From an uncultured Collinsella sp. (GTDB lineage: Bacteria; Actinomycetota; Coriobacteriia; Coriobacteriales; Coriobacteriaceae): DNA of 56,958 nt. The stretch is from positions 1 to 56,958 of the forward strand of contig CALLFD010000157.1 of the NCBI GenBank assembly GCA_937997605.1, given 5' to 3'. Shown here piece by piece: positions 1 through 12,630 of the stretch. A program made the position numbers and the translations under genes. How positions within the stretch are numbered: the stretch's first letter is position 1; each line of letters begins with the position of its first letter. The notes beneath the pieces were generated by a model. It made no database searches, was not told the DNA's origin, and worked only from the letters and a program-made list of their open reading frames with translations.

Positions 1-13
1 CGCGAGCATCCAT
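1..13 (-). CDS. 5' start of a gene running off the left edge (MDAR...)
   Basis: ATG at 13-11 on the minus strand, preceded by a strong RBS (GAAAGGAGGAGG). Only 4 codons are visible. Confidence 0.4.
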
Positions 14-203
14 GTCCTCCTCCTTTCCCTGCGTCTAGTCTAACGCGGTAAAGAAAGACACTCCACGTCGCGCTCGTTCCGCCAACGCGGAACAGGTTGC
101 GGGGAGTCCAGCTGAACTTATAGGGAGCACGGAGAGAGGGCCCGAAAGCAATGCGTCGGTGTGAGATGCGCTTTCCGCAGTCATTGGGGACAGATTTAAA
201 TTA

Positions 204-261
204 GTAGTCATTGAGGACGTTCTTGTTTGACTAGTCGTTTAAGAACGTCCCCAATGACTAC
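204..261. repeat. GTAG-initiated REP-like inverted repeat
   Basis: GTAGTCATTGAGGACGTTCTT (204-224) pairs with AAGAACGTCCCCAATGACTAC (241-261) with 1 mismatch. A partial third copy, GTCATTGGGGAC, lies at ~180-191. Confidence 0.7.
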
Positions 262-288
262 CCACCCATCGGGGACTAGGTGAATAGC

Positions 289-321
289 AAAAGCCCCGCA
301 GCCGGAGCGGACTGCGGGGCT
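289..321 (-). terminator. Intrinsic terminator downstream of arcC
   Basis: AGCCCCGCA...TGCGGGGCT stem with an A-run on its left, which is the U-tract on the minus strand. Confidence 0.7.
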
Positions 322-386
322 CATGAAGAGAGGCTAGTTTGCGGGCGCCTTGCCTGGCGCCCACGAGAGAGGCGACAGAGTAGAGG

Positions 387-1349
387 CTACTCGTGGATGC
401 GGGTACCGGAGAGGCCGGCCATGGTCTCGGCGGCCTTGTCCAGGGCGCCGATGATGCAGGTGCGGCCCTTGCGGGAACGCGCGAACTTGATGGCAGCGCG
501 GACCTTGGGCTCCATGGAACCCTTGCCAAACTGGCCCTCGTCGGCCAGGCGCTCGGCCTCGTCGGCGGTGAGGTCCTCGAGCTCCTCCTGGTTGGGCTTG
601 CCAAAGTTGATGGCGACATGCTCAACGGCGGTCAGCAGGAACAGAACGTCGGCGTCGCAGTCCTCGGCCAGCAGCTCGCCGCCCAGGTCCTTGTCGATGA
701 CGGCGGGAACGCCCTTGTAGCAGCCCTTGTTCTCGTAGTCGCGGACGACGGGGATGCCGCCACCACCGCAGGCGATGACGATGAACTCGTTGTCGAGCAG
801 GTTGAGGATGGAGTCAGCCTCGACGATCTTCTTGGGATCGGGGGAAGCGACGACGCGACGCCAGCCGCGGCCGGAATCCTCGACGAAGACCTTGGAGGGA
901 TCCTCGGCCATGAACTCCTTGGCCTGCTCCTCGGTGTAGAAGGGGCCGATCGGCTTGGTCGGGTTCTTGAACGCGGGATCATCGGGGTCGCACTCGATCT
1001 GGGTGACGACGGTGGCGGCGTGCCAACGCTTATAGCGCTTGTGCATCTCGCGGCCGATGCCCTGCTGCAGGTGATAACCAATGTAGCCCTGGGACATGGC
1101 GCCGCACTCGGGCAGCGGCATCTCGGGGGTACCGATGGCATCGTGGGCAGCGGCGAAGGCGTTCTGGATCATGCCGACCTGCGGGCCGTTGCCGTGGGTG
1201 ATGATGATCTCGTTACCCTGCTCGATGAGACCAAGGAGAGCGTGGGCGGTGTTGCTCACGGCCTCGATCTGCTCGACGGGGTTGTTGCCGAGGGCGTTGC
1301 CGCCAAGGGCGACGACAATACGATCGGGCTTGCCAAGAGGCTTAGACAT
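387..1349 (-). CDS. arcC: Carbamate kinase
   Basis: Motifs VVALGGNAL, THGNGPQVG, PTKPIG, RRVVASP, GGGGIPV, AVIDKD, GSMxPK. Start set at MSKPLG (1349), after an AAAGGA RBS. Confidence 0.95.
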   Translation of the reverse strand: MSKPLGKPDRIVVALGGNALGNNPVEQIEAVSNTAHALLGLIEQGNEIIITHGNGPQVGMIQNAFAAAHDAIGTPEMPLPECGAMSQGYIGYHLQQGIGREMHKRYKRWHAATVVTQIECDPDDPAFKNPTKPIGPFYTEEQAKEFMAEDPSKVFVEDSGRGWRRVVASPDPKKIVEADSILNLLDNEFIVIACGGGGIPVVRDYENKGCYKGVPAVIDKDLGGELLAEDCDADVLFLLTAVEHVAINFGKPNQEELEDLTADEAERLADEGQFGKGSMEPKVRAAIKFARSRKGRTCIIGALDKAAETMAGLSGTRIHE

Positions 1350-1869
1350 TGCTGGAATCCTTTCTGTAAAAGGCCTACAACCCATTAATAACCCGCGTCC
1401 GTGCGATACGCGAGTTTATTAAGGTTTATATTCTCTTTATCGCTCATTTTATTCATTTTGAAAATAGCGGAACGGTGAACGGTCGTTTTTGTCCGCTCAG
1501 CGTACAGAACTCCAGCTCAGACATATCTACGTAATTTACGTGCGACTTTATTTAAATGAAGCGAGGATTATGTCGGATTATGCAAACTACATCCCTGCTA
1601 AACACAAAACGGACAGCGCAATATCTTACTCGCGCTATACGAGATTCTATGCACTTATAAGTCGAGTATGCACCCCTGCAAAAACAAGGGGCTTTTCATC
1701 CAGCATAAGGAATAAAGAAGGACTCCGAAAAGGCGGCAACAGCCAAGTCCCCCATCCATCCCCAAAGTGGCGCGAGGTTTCGCGGCAAAGCCGCGAAACA
1801 GCGAAGGGGACGGAATACCCGGCCAACTACGTCCTTCATCCGCCCACACAATCCGAGGACATAGTCGTA

Positions 1870-1994
1870 GCAGGATCTGAGGGCTGACCTTCGCGGACAC
1901 TCCGCAGGACGAAAGAACCCCCGCCGCACGTAGTGCGCAGCGGGGGTTCTTTCATGTCCGAGGACGTCCGCGAAGGTCAGCCCTCAGATCCTGC
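1870..1994. repeat. Nested inverted repeat: 29-bp perfect arms around a bidirectional terminator-like hairpin
   Basis: 1870-1898 is the exact reverse complement of 1966-1994. Inner hairpin GAAAGAACCCCCG...CGGGGGTTCTTTC at 1911-1953. Confidence 0.85.
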
Positions 1995-2004
1995 GGTGGG
2001 AGAC

Positions 2005-5544
<3,540 letters not shown>

Positions 5545-5889
5545 ATACCCCTCTCCTCTCATATAGGTATACAGGCCCCGGCGATCGCCGGGATGTTGGC
5601 GTGATGGGATTTACGCTGTTGCTTCCAATCATCTGGCAGGCAGGCTCAGCAGCAGGTACGTGGCGTGGAGAGAAGACATGCCGAGGCGAGGGACAGCTGA
5701 TGCGCCCCACAGACCCGACCGCCCGTCTTGCACATGACCGAGCGCCGCAAAGGCCGCATGCCGGATGCTCCCGGGCACGCCCCGGCGATGGGAAGCGCCC
5801 GCAACGGAAATCCGCATGCGGGTTTATTGTACCCCGCCGTCAAGTGTAATTTCGGCAAATATAGGCGGGCGGTAAAGGTTTACCTCGGG

Positions 5890-6428
5890 TGACCGCCAAG
5901 GGCCAAAATGGCCCCTCCATCCCCGGGCGACCGACTCTGGAGCGCCAAGGAGTGTCCCCAGATGCCGGCAGAAAAAGAACGTCCCTATCTGCCGGCTAGA
6001 GGGCACCGAAGAGGATGGCGTAGGTAGTTGATTCGCCGAGCTTGAGCTCGTCGCCGGGATTGAGTTGGGCGGAACGGCCGGGCTCGACCTGAATGCAGAC
6101 GCGCGTGGCCCCGTTTACCACCACGGTTCCGTTGGTGGACGACAAGTCCTCGACGTGCCAGATATTTTGAGCATCGCACCAGATATGGGCATGGCGGGCC
6201 GAGACATCGTCGCCGACGTCGGTAATATCGCCCTCACCAGTGGCCAGCGCGCCAATCTCAACACCCTGCTCACTCGGCTGAATCCAGCGCGGGGCGCTCA
6301 CGACAAAACTGTTTTGCACGCGCAGCAAGCCCAAGGGGTGCGCCGGGGCGGGTTCGCGTTCGCCCGCGACCGAAGATGTGCTCAGCGAGCGCGGCGTCGA
6401 CGTGGCGCCGCCACAGGTCGCACGAGCG
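5890..6428. repeat. Left copy of ~540-bp direct repeat (FHA gene 3' end plus downstream hairpin)
   Basis: Matches 12635-13173 at a constant offset of 6745. Near-identical over ~5996-6368, more diverged at both ends. Confidence 0.95.
5996..6428 (-). pseudogene. 5'-truncated copy of the FHA-domain gene
   Basis: Encodes the same C-terminal FHA domain (VSARHA, EDLSSTNGT) as 12741-13679. Homology stops at ~6428 and no equivalent N-terminus is present. Confidence 0.85.
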
Positions 6429-6994
6429 CGGCGGCTCGCCCGACTTGGAACCAAGGCGGGCGTGAGAGCAAACGGCATAGGGAACGAATCTTGCGGATGC
6501 ACTCCTCGACGTCAGGCAGGTAAGCCCCACTAAGTCGCCGAGGAGGCCCAAGCGGCCCGGCACCACTTCCAGATTCTGACCAGGGCGAGTCGTTCGCCGG
6601 TGGCTGAAGGCTCGCTCCCACCCAAAAGGGGAGATTCGCGTTGTTCCCCAATCGCTCTCGCATCTTTCATTTTGCTCGAGGTGGGCTATAAAAACTTTCC
6701 TGGTGAAAGGCGGCGATTGGTTTCCTTTCTTTCTAGAGGAGCGCGCCTGTAATCTGTTTTCATCCTAAATCAAGTTAAGATCGGACCTTCCAGAGGCAAG
6801 TCGACTCAAACTGCGAGGCTCCATGTTGGAATAAAGAGCGCTGTCGAAGTGCCAACAACACAAAGCTTGCCAGTCTCAAATAGAACCTTTTGGGAGTCCG
6901 ATTGGGCCGCACACCGAATCCCCGCTGGTGGTTTTTTATAGCTGCGCAACAATAAACAAGGTTAGTGCCAGTCCAGCATGAAATTGAGGAACGT

Positions 6995-8353
6995 ATGCAT
7001 TTTTTCTCAGTAAGTGATCGTCGTTACTGCTTCGATGAGGTCACTCGCAATTGCTTTCAGGTTGACCAAGCATCAGAAGATGCGCTTCGCATATTTGAAG
7101 CATCGGGAAGAACGGTCAACTCGAAGTTGCTAACAAAGTCACTTGCTGCGAAAGGCTACGACCAAACGACCATAGCAGAACTTGAAGACGACATTGATGA
7201 GTATCAACGATTGTCTGAGCGGACTTTCTTAACAAAAGACACGCCTCGAAAACTTAGATCCATCGAACTCCACGTTTCACATGCATGCAACCTTGGTTGT
7301 AGTTACTGTTTTGCCGGTAAAGGAGATTATGGAACGTCTCCTCTGCTGATGACAGACGAGATAGCCTTCAAGGCGGTCGACTACCTCGTCGCAAGTTCAT
7401 CGGAAAACGAAACGCTTGCGATCGTCTTTTTTGGTGGGGAACCCATGATTAACGAGCCGCTGATATGGAAAACGGTCGACTATTCAAAAAGAATATACCC
7501 CAATAGAAACTTTACCTATTCTATTACGACCAACGGAACGCTTTTGAATGACACTGCTGTGAATTCTTTCAAGGAGCACGGGTTTTCTGTTCTGATTAGT
7601 CTCGATGGTACAGGATGCAAGCACGATGCATCGCGCCCGTACAAGACGGGAGGCGGCTCTTTCTCCGATATCGACAAAAACGTTCGTCGTTTTTCCGAGT
7701 CGTTCCCCTTCGGCGCAAGAGCGACCTTAACAAATAATAACTGTAACCTTGTTGAAGACTATCTTCAGTTTAAAGAGATGGGCTTCAGAAGGATTTACTT
7801 CTCGCCCGTGAGCTCATTCGATGAGAATATCAAACTCGACGAACACTCATTAAACAAAATCAGGGCGGGCCTAATAGATTTGGCGGATCAATATCTCAAA
7901 CAGATTGATCAAGGGGAAAAGCCCTTGTTTAGAACATTGAAAACTGCAGTTGATTTGATTATGAGCAACAGGATCGCCTTTGTCGGATGCGGGGCTGGCA
8001 GGCGTTTTATTTCCGTGACTCCCGAAGGGGACGTATACCCCTGTCACAGGTTTGTCGGGATGATGCGATTCAAAATGGGCAACATCGTCACCGGAATTGA
8101 CGAAACTAGGTATATTGAAAACTGGAGTCAGGGTGTCGAAAAAAGAATTGACTGTACGGACTGTTGGGCTCGGTCTTTCTGTGGTGGGGGCTGTAGCTGG
8201 GAGGCTGCAGACGAGCACGGCTACTTGCCCAAGAGTCTACACCCTGCATCATGTGAATATAGAAAAATGTGCTACGAGATGGCTTTTGACCTTATTTCCC
8301 GCCACTCATCTTCGCAGGAGAAAAATCAACGAGAAGCTACTGTATCGGAATAA
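6995..8353 (+). CDS. Radical SAM/SPASM peptide maturase with N-terminal RRE-like domain (CteB/PapB-like ranthipeptide maturase)
   Basis: CNLGCSYC (CX3CX2C), FFGGEP, TTNGTLL, ISLDG; SPASM motifs CGAG...GDVYPC and CTDC...CGGGC...C. A ~90-aa extension precedes the rSAM core. GAGGA RBS before ATG 6995. Confidence 0.92.
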   Translation: MHFFSVSDRRYCFDEVTRNCFQVDQASEDALRIFEASGRTVNSKLLTKSLAAKGYDQTTIAELEDDIDEYQRLSERTFLTKDTPRKLRSIELHVSHACNLGCSYCFAGKGDYGTSPLLMTDEIAFKAVDYLVASSSENETLAIVFFGGEPMINEPLIWKTVDYSKRIYPNRNFTYSITTNGTLLNDTAVNSFKEHGFSVLISLDGTGCKHDASRPYKTGGGSFSDIDKNVRRFSESFPFGARATLTNNNCNLVEDYLQFKEMGFRRIYFSPVSSFDENIKLDEHSLNKIRAGLIDLADQYLKQIDQGEKPLFRTLKTAVDLIMSNRIAFVGCGAGRRFISVTPEGDVYPCHRFVGMMRFKMGNIVTGIDETRYIENWSQGVEKRIDCTDCWARSFCGGGCSWEAADEHGYLPKSLHPASCEYRKMCYEMAFDLISRHSSSQEKNQREATVSE

Positions 8354-8522
8354 GCGGTTCAGCGCATTGCTGTCACCATTGTGGAGGTGTTCGTTCTTCT
8401 GATTACCGTCTGCGAAGCTTATTGCTACGTTCGCCGAAACCATTCTAGAAATATGGTGAACTAGACATCTTGGTTTGTTATACACAATATTGAGGTTTTT
8501 CTGCACTCAAAGGGAGGTAGTC

Positions 8523-8726
8523 GTGAAGCATATTCATCCGATTAATCCAGGAAGTGGCGACGAGGCAGGCGTGAAGCCGATGTCTTTTGACTGCCTCTTG
8601 GGCATTACTGACATCTGTACTGTTTATGATAAAGCAGATGGCTGTGGTGCATACGATTACTGCGACTATGACATGGATGGCGGCAGCATCTGCGTTGTAG
8701 ATCACTGTGGCATTGATCAAACGTAG
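8523..8726 (+). CDS. RiPP precursor peptide A, 67 aa (MKHIHPINPGSGDEAGVKPMSFDCLLGITDICTVYDKADGCGAYDYCDYDMDGGSICVVDHCGIDQT)
   Basis: GTG start after an AGGGAGG RBS. 6 Cys, each followed by an Asp at short spacing. Adjacent to the rSAM gene. Confidence 0.88.
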   Translation: MKHIHPINPGSGDEAGVKPMSFDCLLGITDICTVYDKADGCGAYDYCDYDMDGGSICVVDHCGIDQT

Positions 8727-8756
8727 TCTCTAATTGGATTAAGGTGAGGAGCTGTT

Positions 8757-8936
8757 ATGAAGCATATCCATCCTGTTGGTTCAAATGAACATCCTCCCGT
8801 TGAGCCTTGTTGTCTTGGAGTTGATATATGCAATTTTTACGACATCGCCGAGTGCCCTGTTGCGGATTGGTGCTATGTCGATAAAGAATCAAGCTGTGTT
8901 TTGCCAGCAGATTGGTGCGATCCAGTTGACGAGTAG
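8757..8936 (+). CDS. RiPP precursor peptide B, 59 aa (MKHIHPVGSNEHPPVEPCCLGVDICNFYDIAECPVADWCYVDKESSCVLPADWCDPVDE); not in the ORF track
   Basis: Manual translation. GAGGAG RBS, ATG 8757, TAG 8934-8936. Same MKHIHP leader as peptide A; 7 Cys, four CX3D motifs. Confidence 0.9.
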   Translation: MKHIHPVGSNEHPPVEPCCLGVDICNFYDIAECPVADWCYVDKESSCVLPADWCDPVDE

Positions 8937-9014
8937 TTTTGTGGCTAGGAACTATTTGGTCCAATTCAGAATAAGATGGGAACAAATACCAAAATCTCGT
9001 GTCTGGGAGGAGTT

Positions 9015-9122
9015 ATGCCATTATTGCAAGGTCTCGTTGGATTAGCCTTTATACTTGCGTTATATCTGGCACCTTTTTTAATTCTATTCTTCATTATCCG
9101 ACTCTTTCTTCGGAGAAAATAG
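9015..9122 (+). CDS. Small hydrophobic membrane peptide, 35 aa (MPLLQGLVGLAFILALYLAPFLILFFIIRLFLRRK); not in the ORF track
   Basis: GGGAGGAG RBS, ATG 9015, TAG 9120-9122. One long hydrophobic stretch followed by a basic tail. Confidence 0.7.
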   Translation: MPLLQGLVGLAFILALYLAPFLILFFIIRLFLRRK

Positions 9123-9186
9123 GAGTGTCACGCAAACATTAGCGTAGCTTTCTTCCAATATGAGCCGAGCATTGGCAAGTGGAATA

Positions 9187-9231
9187 AGAAGCCCGACCGT
9201 TCGCCACATGAAAGTGATCGGACGGGCTTCT
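9187..9231. terminator. Hairpin between the convergent halves of the RiPP island
   Basis: AGAAGCCCG (9187-9195) pairs with CGGGCTTCT (9223-9231). Confidence 0.55.
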
Positions 9232-9822
9232 CTATTTAACCCGGGCCGCCACCCATAGCGGCTTTCCAAGCGTATTCTCAGTGCAAAGCAATCGTCAGTT
9301 TAATCCTATGCGCTGATACCGCATTTCATTTGTTCGGCTCGAATTCTACGGCCTGGCAACCCTCGCACTCTCCGGCAAATGGATTGAACGCGAAGGCAGA
9401 GATGATGTGTGCGTGGACATCGAGGCTGCTGTAGGCAACATACTGGGACATAGACCCCCGCTGCGCGTGGTATGCGGCCCGGCATGTTCATTGCCGTCCA
9501 ACCCCGTGTAGTTGCAGCAAAGGGTGGAACCTCAATGCTCAGCTCATGTTGTCCGTGGGACACGAGAATCGTAAGTACACTTTGGTGCGATTCTCACGCT
9601 GATACTGAGCCACCTGGAATAAGATACGTCGCGACAACACTTCGCTTCACCTCTGTCTCGACAAGATGACGTAGACTAAAGTTTCCTTTAGTAAGAGAAC
9701 GAGAACTATATCTGAAAGCGTTGCGATGACGTGAAGGCACCGAGTCCGAACCGCCTGAATGCTACGTGCATCTGCATCGCCTTTTTGTTATCTCTGCCAG
9801 TTGGGTAGCACTACACTTGTCA

Positions 9823-11475
9823 TCATTTACCCTGGTACATGCTGCCTAAATCCACTACCCCTTCTACCGCGCCGACCATCTCGTCATCGTGAGAGACAAC
9901 GATGATCAGCTGGCTTTGCTTGTTGCGCTTAACATAGGCCGCAAGCTCGGCGCGGCTTACAGCGTCTAACCCAGTCGTGGGCTCGTCGAGTACCAAAACT
10001 GACGACTTGCGTGAAATCGCCGACCATAAGTACACTCGGCGCAGCTCACCGCCCGAAAGCGCGGAGCAACGTTTCCCGAGCAACTCCTTCACGCTGTTTT
10101 CCAGCGAAAGTAGGCCATCTACACCCCGGTGATAGGAAGAAAAGGGCGTGTCGAAATACTCTAACAGCTCTTTCACCGTTTCGTCCGGCGCGAAGCACGA
10201 CTGTGGGCAGCACGATATCTCTCTCGCACGTATGTAATCCAAGTCGCATTCTTCGATTGGCACGCCGTTGTATTTTACTTTGCCTTTCGATGAGTATAGC
10301 CCGAGCATCAAGTAAAGAAGTGACGTCTTGCCTCTTCCGTTTTCCCCAACTATGCAATATGTACCAGGACCGGAAAACTTGAAAGAAAACCCGCCGAGGA
10401 CCTCTCGGACAGATCCGTCTGGAAGGGCAACCGAGAATTCCAAATCAGATACCGAAATGTCATTTATTTCATCGAGTTTAGCTAAATCGGTCCGATTCCA
10501 CCCCGATCTCTCCTTTTCTCTCGTCGCGATAGCCGTCCTATCCCATGATGCTTTGGCATCTTGATAGGATTTGAACAATGACATCATACTTTTCAAAGTC
10601 TTAAAGAGAACCGCGAAGTATGTACCGATGATAGTGTACTCGCCTATTGACATAGTTCCGTTAATGATTCGTACTCCGGAAACAACAAGTATCACCGCTT
10701 GAAACAACGCTGCGAAAAGACCATCGAGCGATGTCAGAGAATATGATAGCTTTCCGGAGCGCAAAACTTTGGGAAAATAGCTCTTAAACCCAGCGTCGAG
10801 CGCTTGTTCGCTCTTGCCGTACGAAGATGTCAGTTGAATGTTGAGAATCTGATTAAGCTGCGATGCAATTGCGGCGTAAAAGGCGCTGTCCGCCTCTTTC
10901 TTCTCATACGTGACCCTATACAAAAGTTTCCTCAACCCAGTAATTACACAGAAATACACGATGAGGAGAATGATGGAAAACACCGCGAGAGTTGAATCAA
11001 TTGACCATATGATAAGCAATACGATGGGAATGGCTACAATGGACAGCGGCGCACTGATAAAATTCGCCAAAACGAAGGATGAGACCACGCTGGAGTCGGA
11101 AATAATCCGTTGCGTTGTATAGGCCGGATCGATGGTCCGACTCACCAAGTAATCGTCTCTTTCAAAACGCAAGACGGCCTCCCTGAGAAGATCAAAGGAA
11201 AGTCTCGTGGTTATGCGAATGGAAAGTGTTCCTGCAAAATAAGTAAAGAGGGTGGAGAAAACTCCTATTGACGCAACCAGGAGCGCGAAGAGTACGGCGT
11301 CTCTTTCGCTGCGGTTACCGAGAAGAAAATCTAAGAATTTCCCGTTCACGTATGGCATGGCATAGGAGAGAGCGGTTCCAATCACCGTGATAGCAATGAA
11401 GACGAAAGCCCCTTTTGCTCTGATGAACCTCGAGAGAACGCATCGAATCAAGGAAGGCCCCAATCTACCCGCCAC
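9823..11475 (-). CDS. ABC exporter, fused TMD and NBD, no C39 peptidase domain
   Basis: N-terminal multi-TM region, Walker A GENGRGKT, signature LSGGE, Walker B VLVLDEPT, H-loop VSHD. Confidence 0.9.
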   Translation of the reverse strand: MAGRLGPSLIRCVLSRFIRAKGAFVFIAITVIGTALSYAMPYVNGKFLDFLLGNRSERDAVLFALLVASIGVFSTLFTYFAGTLSIRITTRLSFDLLREAVLRFERDDYLVSRTIDPAYTTQRIISDSSVVSSFVLANFISAPLSIVAIPIVLLIIWSIDSTLAVFSIILLIVYFCVITGLRKLLYRVTYEKKEADSAFYAAIASQLNQILNIQLTSSYGKSEQALDAGFKSYFPKVLRSGKLSYSLTSLDGLFAALFQAVILVVSGVRIINGTMSIGEYTIIGTYFAVLFKTLKSMMSLFKSYQDAKASWDRTAIATREKERSGWNRTDLAKLDEINDISVSDLEFSVALPDGSVREVLGGFSFKFSGPGTYCIVGENGRGKTSLLYLMLGLYSSKGKVKYNGVPIEECDLDYIRAREISCCPQSCFAPDETVKELLEYFDTPFSSYHRGVDGLLSLENSVKELLGKRCSALSGGELRRVYLWSAISRKSSVLVLDEPTTGLDAVSRAELAAYVKRNKQSQLIIVVSHDDEMVGAVEGVVDLGSMYQGK

Positions 11476-11620
11476 AAAACATCAATCACTGATACCTTAC
11501 ACCTCAACACAACAGGAGCGAAGATTTGCCAATGAGACTGCTTTAAGATTGCCTTGGGCCAATACGATCTCAAGCTCTTCCTACAAGAGAGTCGGAATCG
11601 GACATCTCCTCCGACGAACC

Positions 11621-11666
11621 TGGCAATCGGGCGGTTGAAATATCTTTTTCAACCGCCCGATTGCCA
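11621..11666. repeat. Perfect 20-bp inverted repeat with 6-nt loop
   Basis: TGGCAATCGGGCGGTTGAAA-TATCTT-TTTCAACCGCCCGATTGCCA. Confidence 0.85.
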
Positions 11667-11790
11667 CAATAGATTTGAGCATCCGCCCACAAACGTCCGC
11701 GTTTTATACCCATCAAATCCTTTGCCTTTTGTCGTCTAGACTAGAAAAATCGCTCGAAATAACGCAACCGGCCTGCTCGCTTGAAGAAAC

Positions 11791-12630
11791 CTAAGCCCGT
11801 AACGTAGATGTGCAAACTTCCGAAACGCCTTGCGCGGCATAGTGCGTATAAACTTCGTCAACCGCCTCAGAAATATCTGAGTATCGCGCCGGGTCAAAAG
11901 CATACGATGTCGCAGCTATACCCTGCACCCATTCGGAACGCGGATTAATTGAATAGCCACACAGCATCATCATACATGCATCTAGACCTGATTTCCCAAG
12001 TATCCGACGTATTGATGAGAGCATCGCGGGTCGCCCCTGCACCATCGTCGTCACCCCTATTAACAGTATTTACCGTTTTTCTCTAAATGCGTATCGCCAC
12101 CCTTAAGAATACGAAGTGTTTTATCCAGACCCGATTGCCCTCCATCTCAAACGAAGGGATAAGGAATCTCATCCGGAATCGGCAGTAACGGAGGATTCAC
12201 AACGACAAGCGAAAAACATGAGTCATCTCTCAGAGGGGAGTAAAGGCTCCCCTCAAGCACCCTAGTTTCGTCATCCAAAGAGTTGATGGCAGTGTTTTTC
12301 TTACAAAGGTCGACAACAAAAGGGTTGATTTCTACAGATGTTACATCCATGCCACAGTTGGTAAGTATCAGGCCCTGTATTCTGGGGCCAGAACACAAAT
12401 CGAGAGCCTTCCGTGCGCTCTGCGGTGTAAGGCGCCAATCTCAGCAAATCTGTCCCACAATACTGCGCTGAAGAACAAGACGGAACCCCTGAGCCAAACT
12501 CCCCTATACCTTATTAAGGCTAAGACAGGCAAGTTCACGCACCCGGCATATTCCAGAATAACATCCTATTGTTTTAGATGCTCTACAAGCATGAACAGCC
12601 GCGAATCGGAAAGATCTTCTAGTTCCGCCC
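11791..12630 (-). pseudogene. Class I SAM-dependent methyltransferase (HemK/PrmC-like, NPP motif), decayed
   Basis: ALDLCSGPxIQGL, VEINP, GSLY, VVNPPLLP, then PYPFV*DGGQSGLD with an in-frame TGA at 12147-12149. Further frameshifts and stops are present; the 5' end appears cut at the island junction. Confidence 0.75.

Noticed and set aside
40..178. Possible riboswitch in the leader of the left-edge gene
   Set aside because: Short hairpins are present, but no recognizable aptamer consensus.
1400..1470. Possible ARG box upstream of arcC
   Set aside because: Only a half-site match (AATGAATA) in AT-rich promoter DNA.
8776..9045. 89-aa ORF over the second precursor region
   Set aside because: Out of frame with the RBS-supported 8757-8936 peptide, which shares the leader and Cys/Asp pattern of precursor A.
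9300..9820. Additional precursor or peptidase gene in the RiPP island
   Set aside because: Only short broken frames, with no MKHIHP leader or protease motif.
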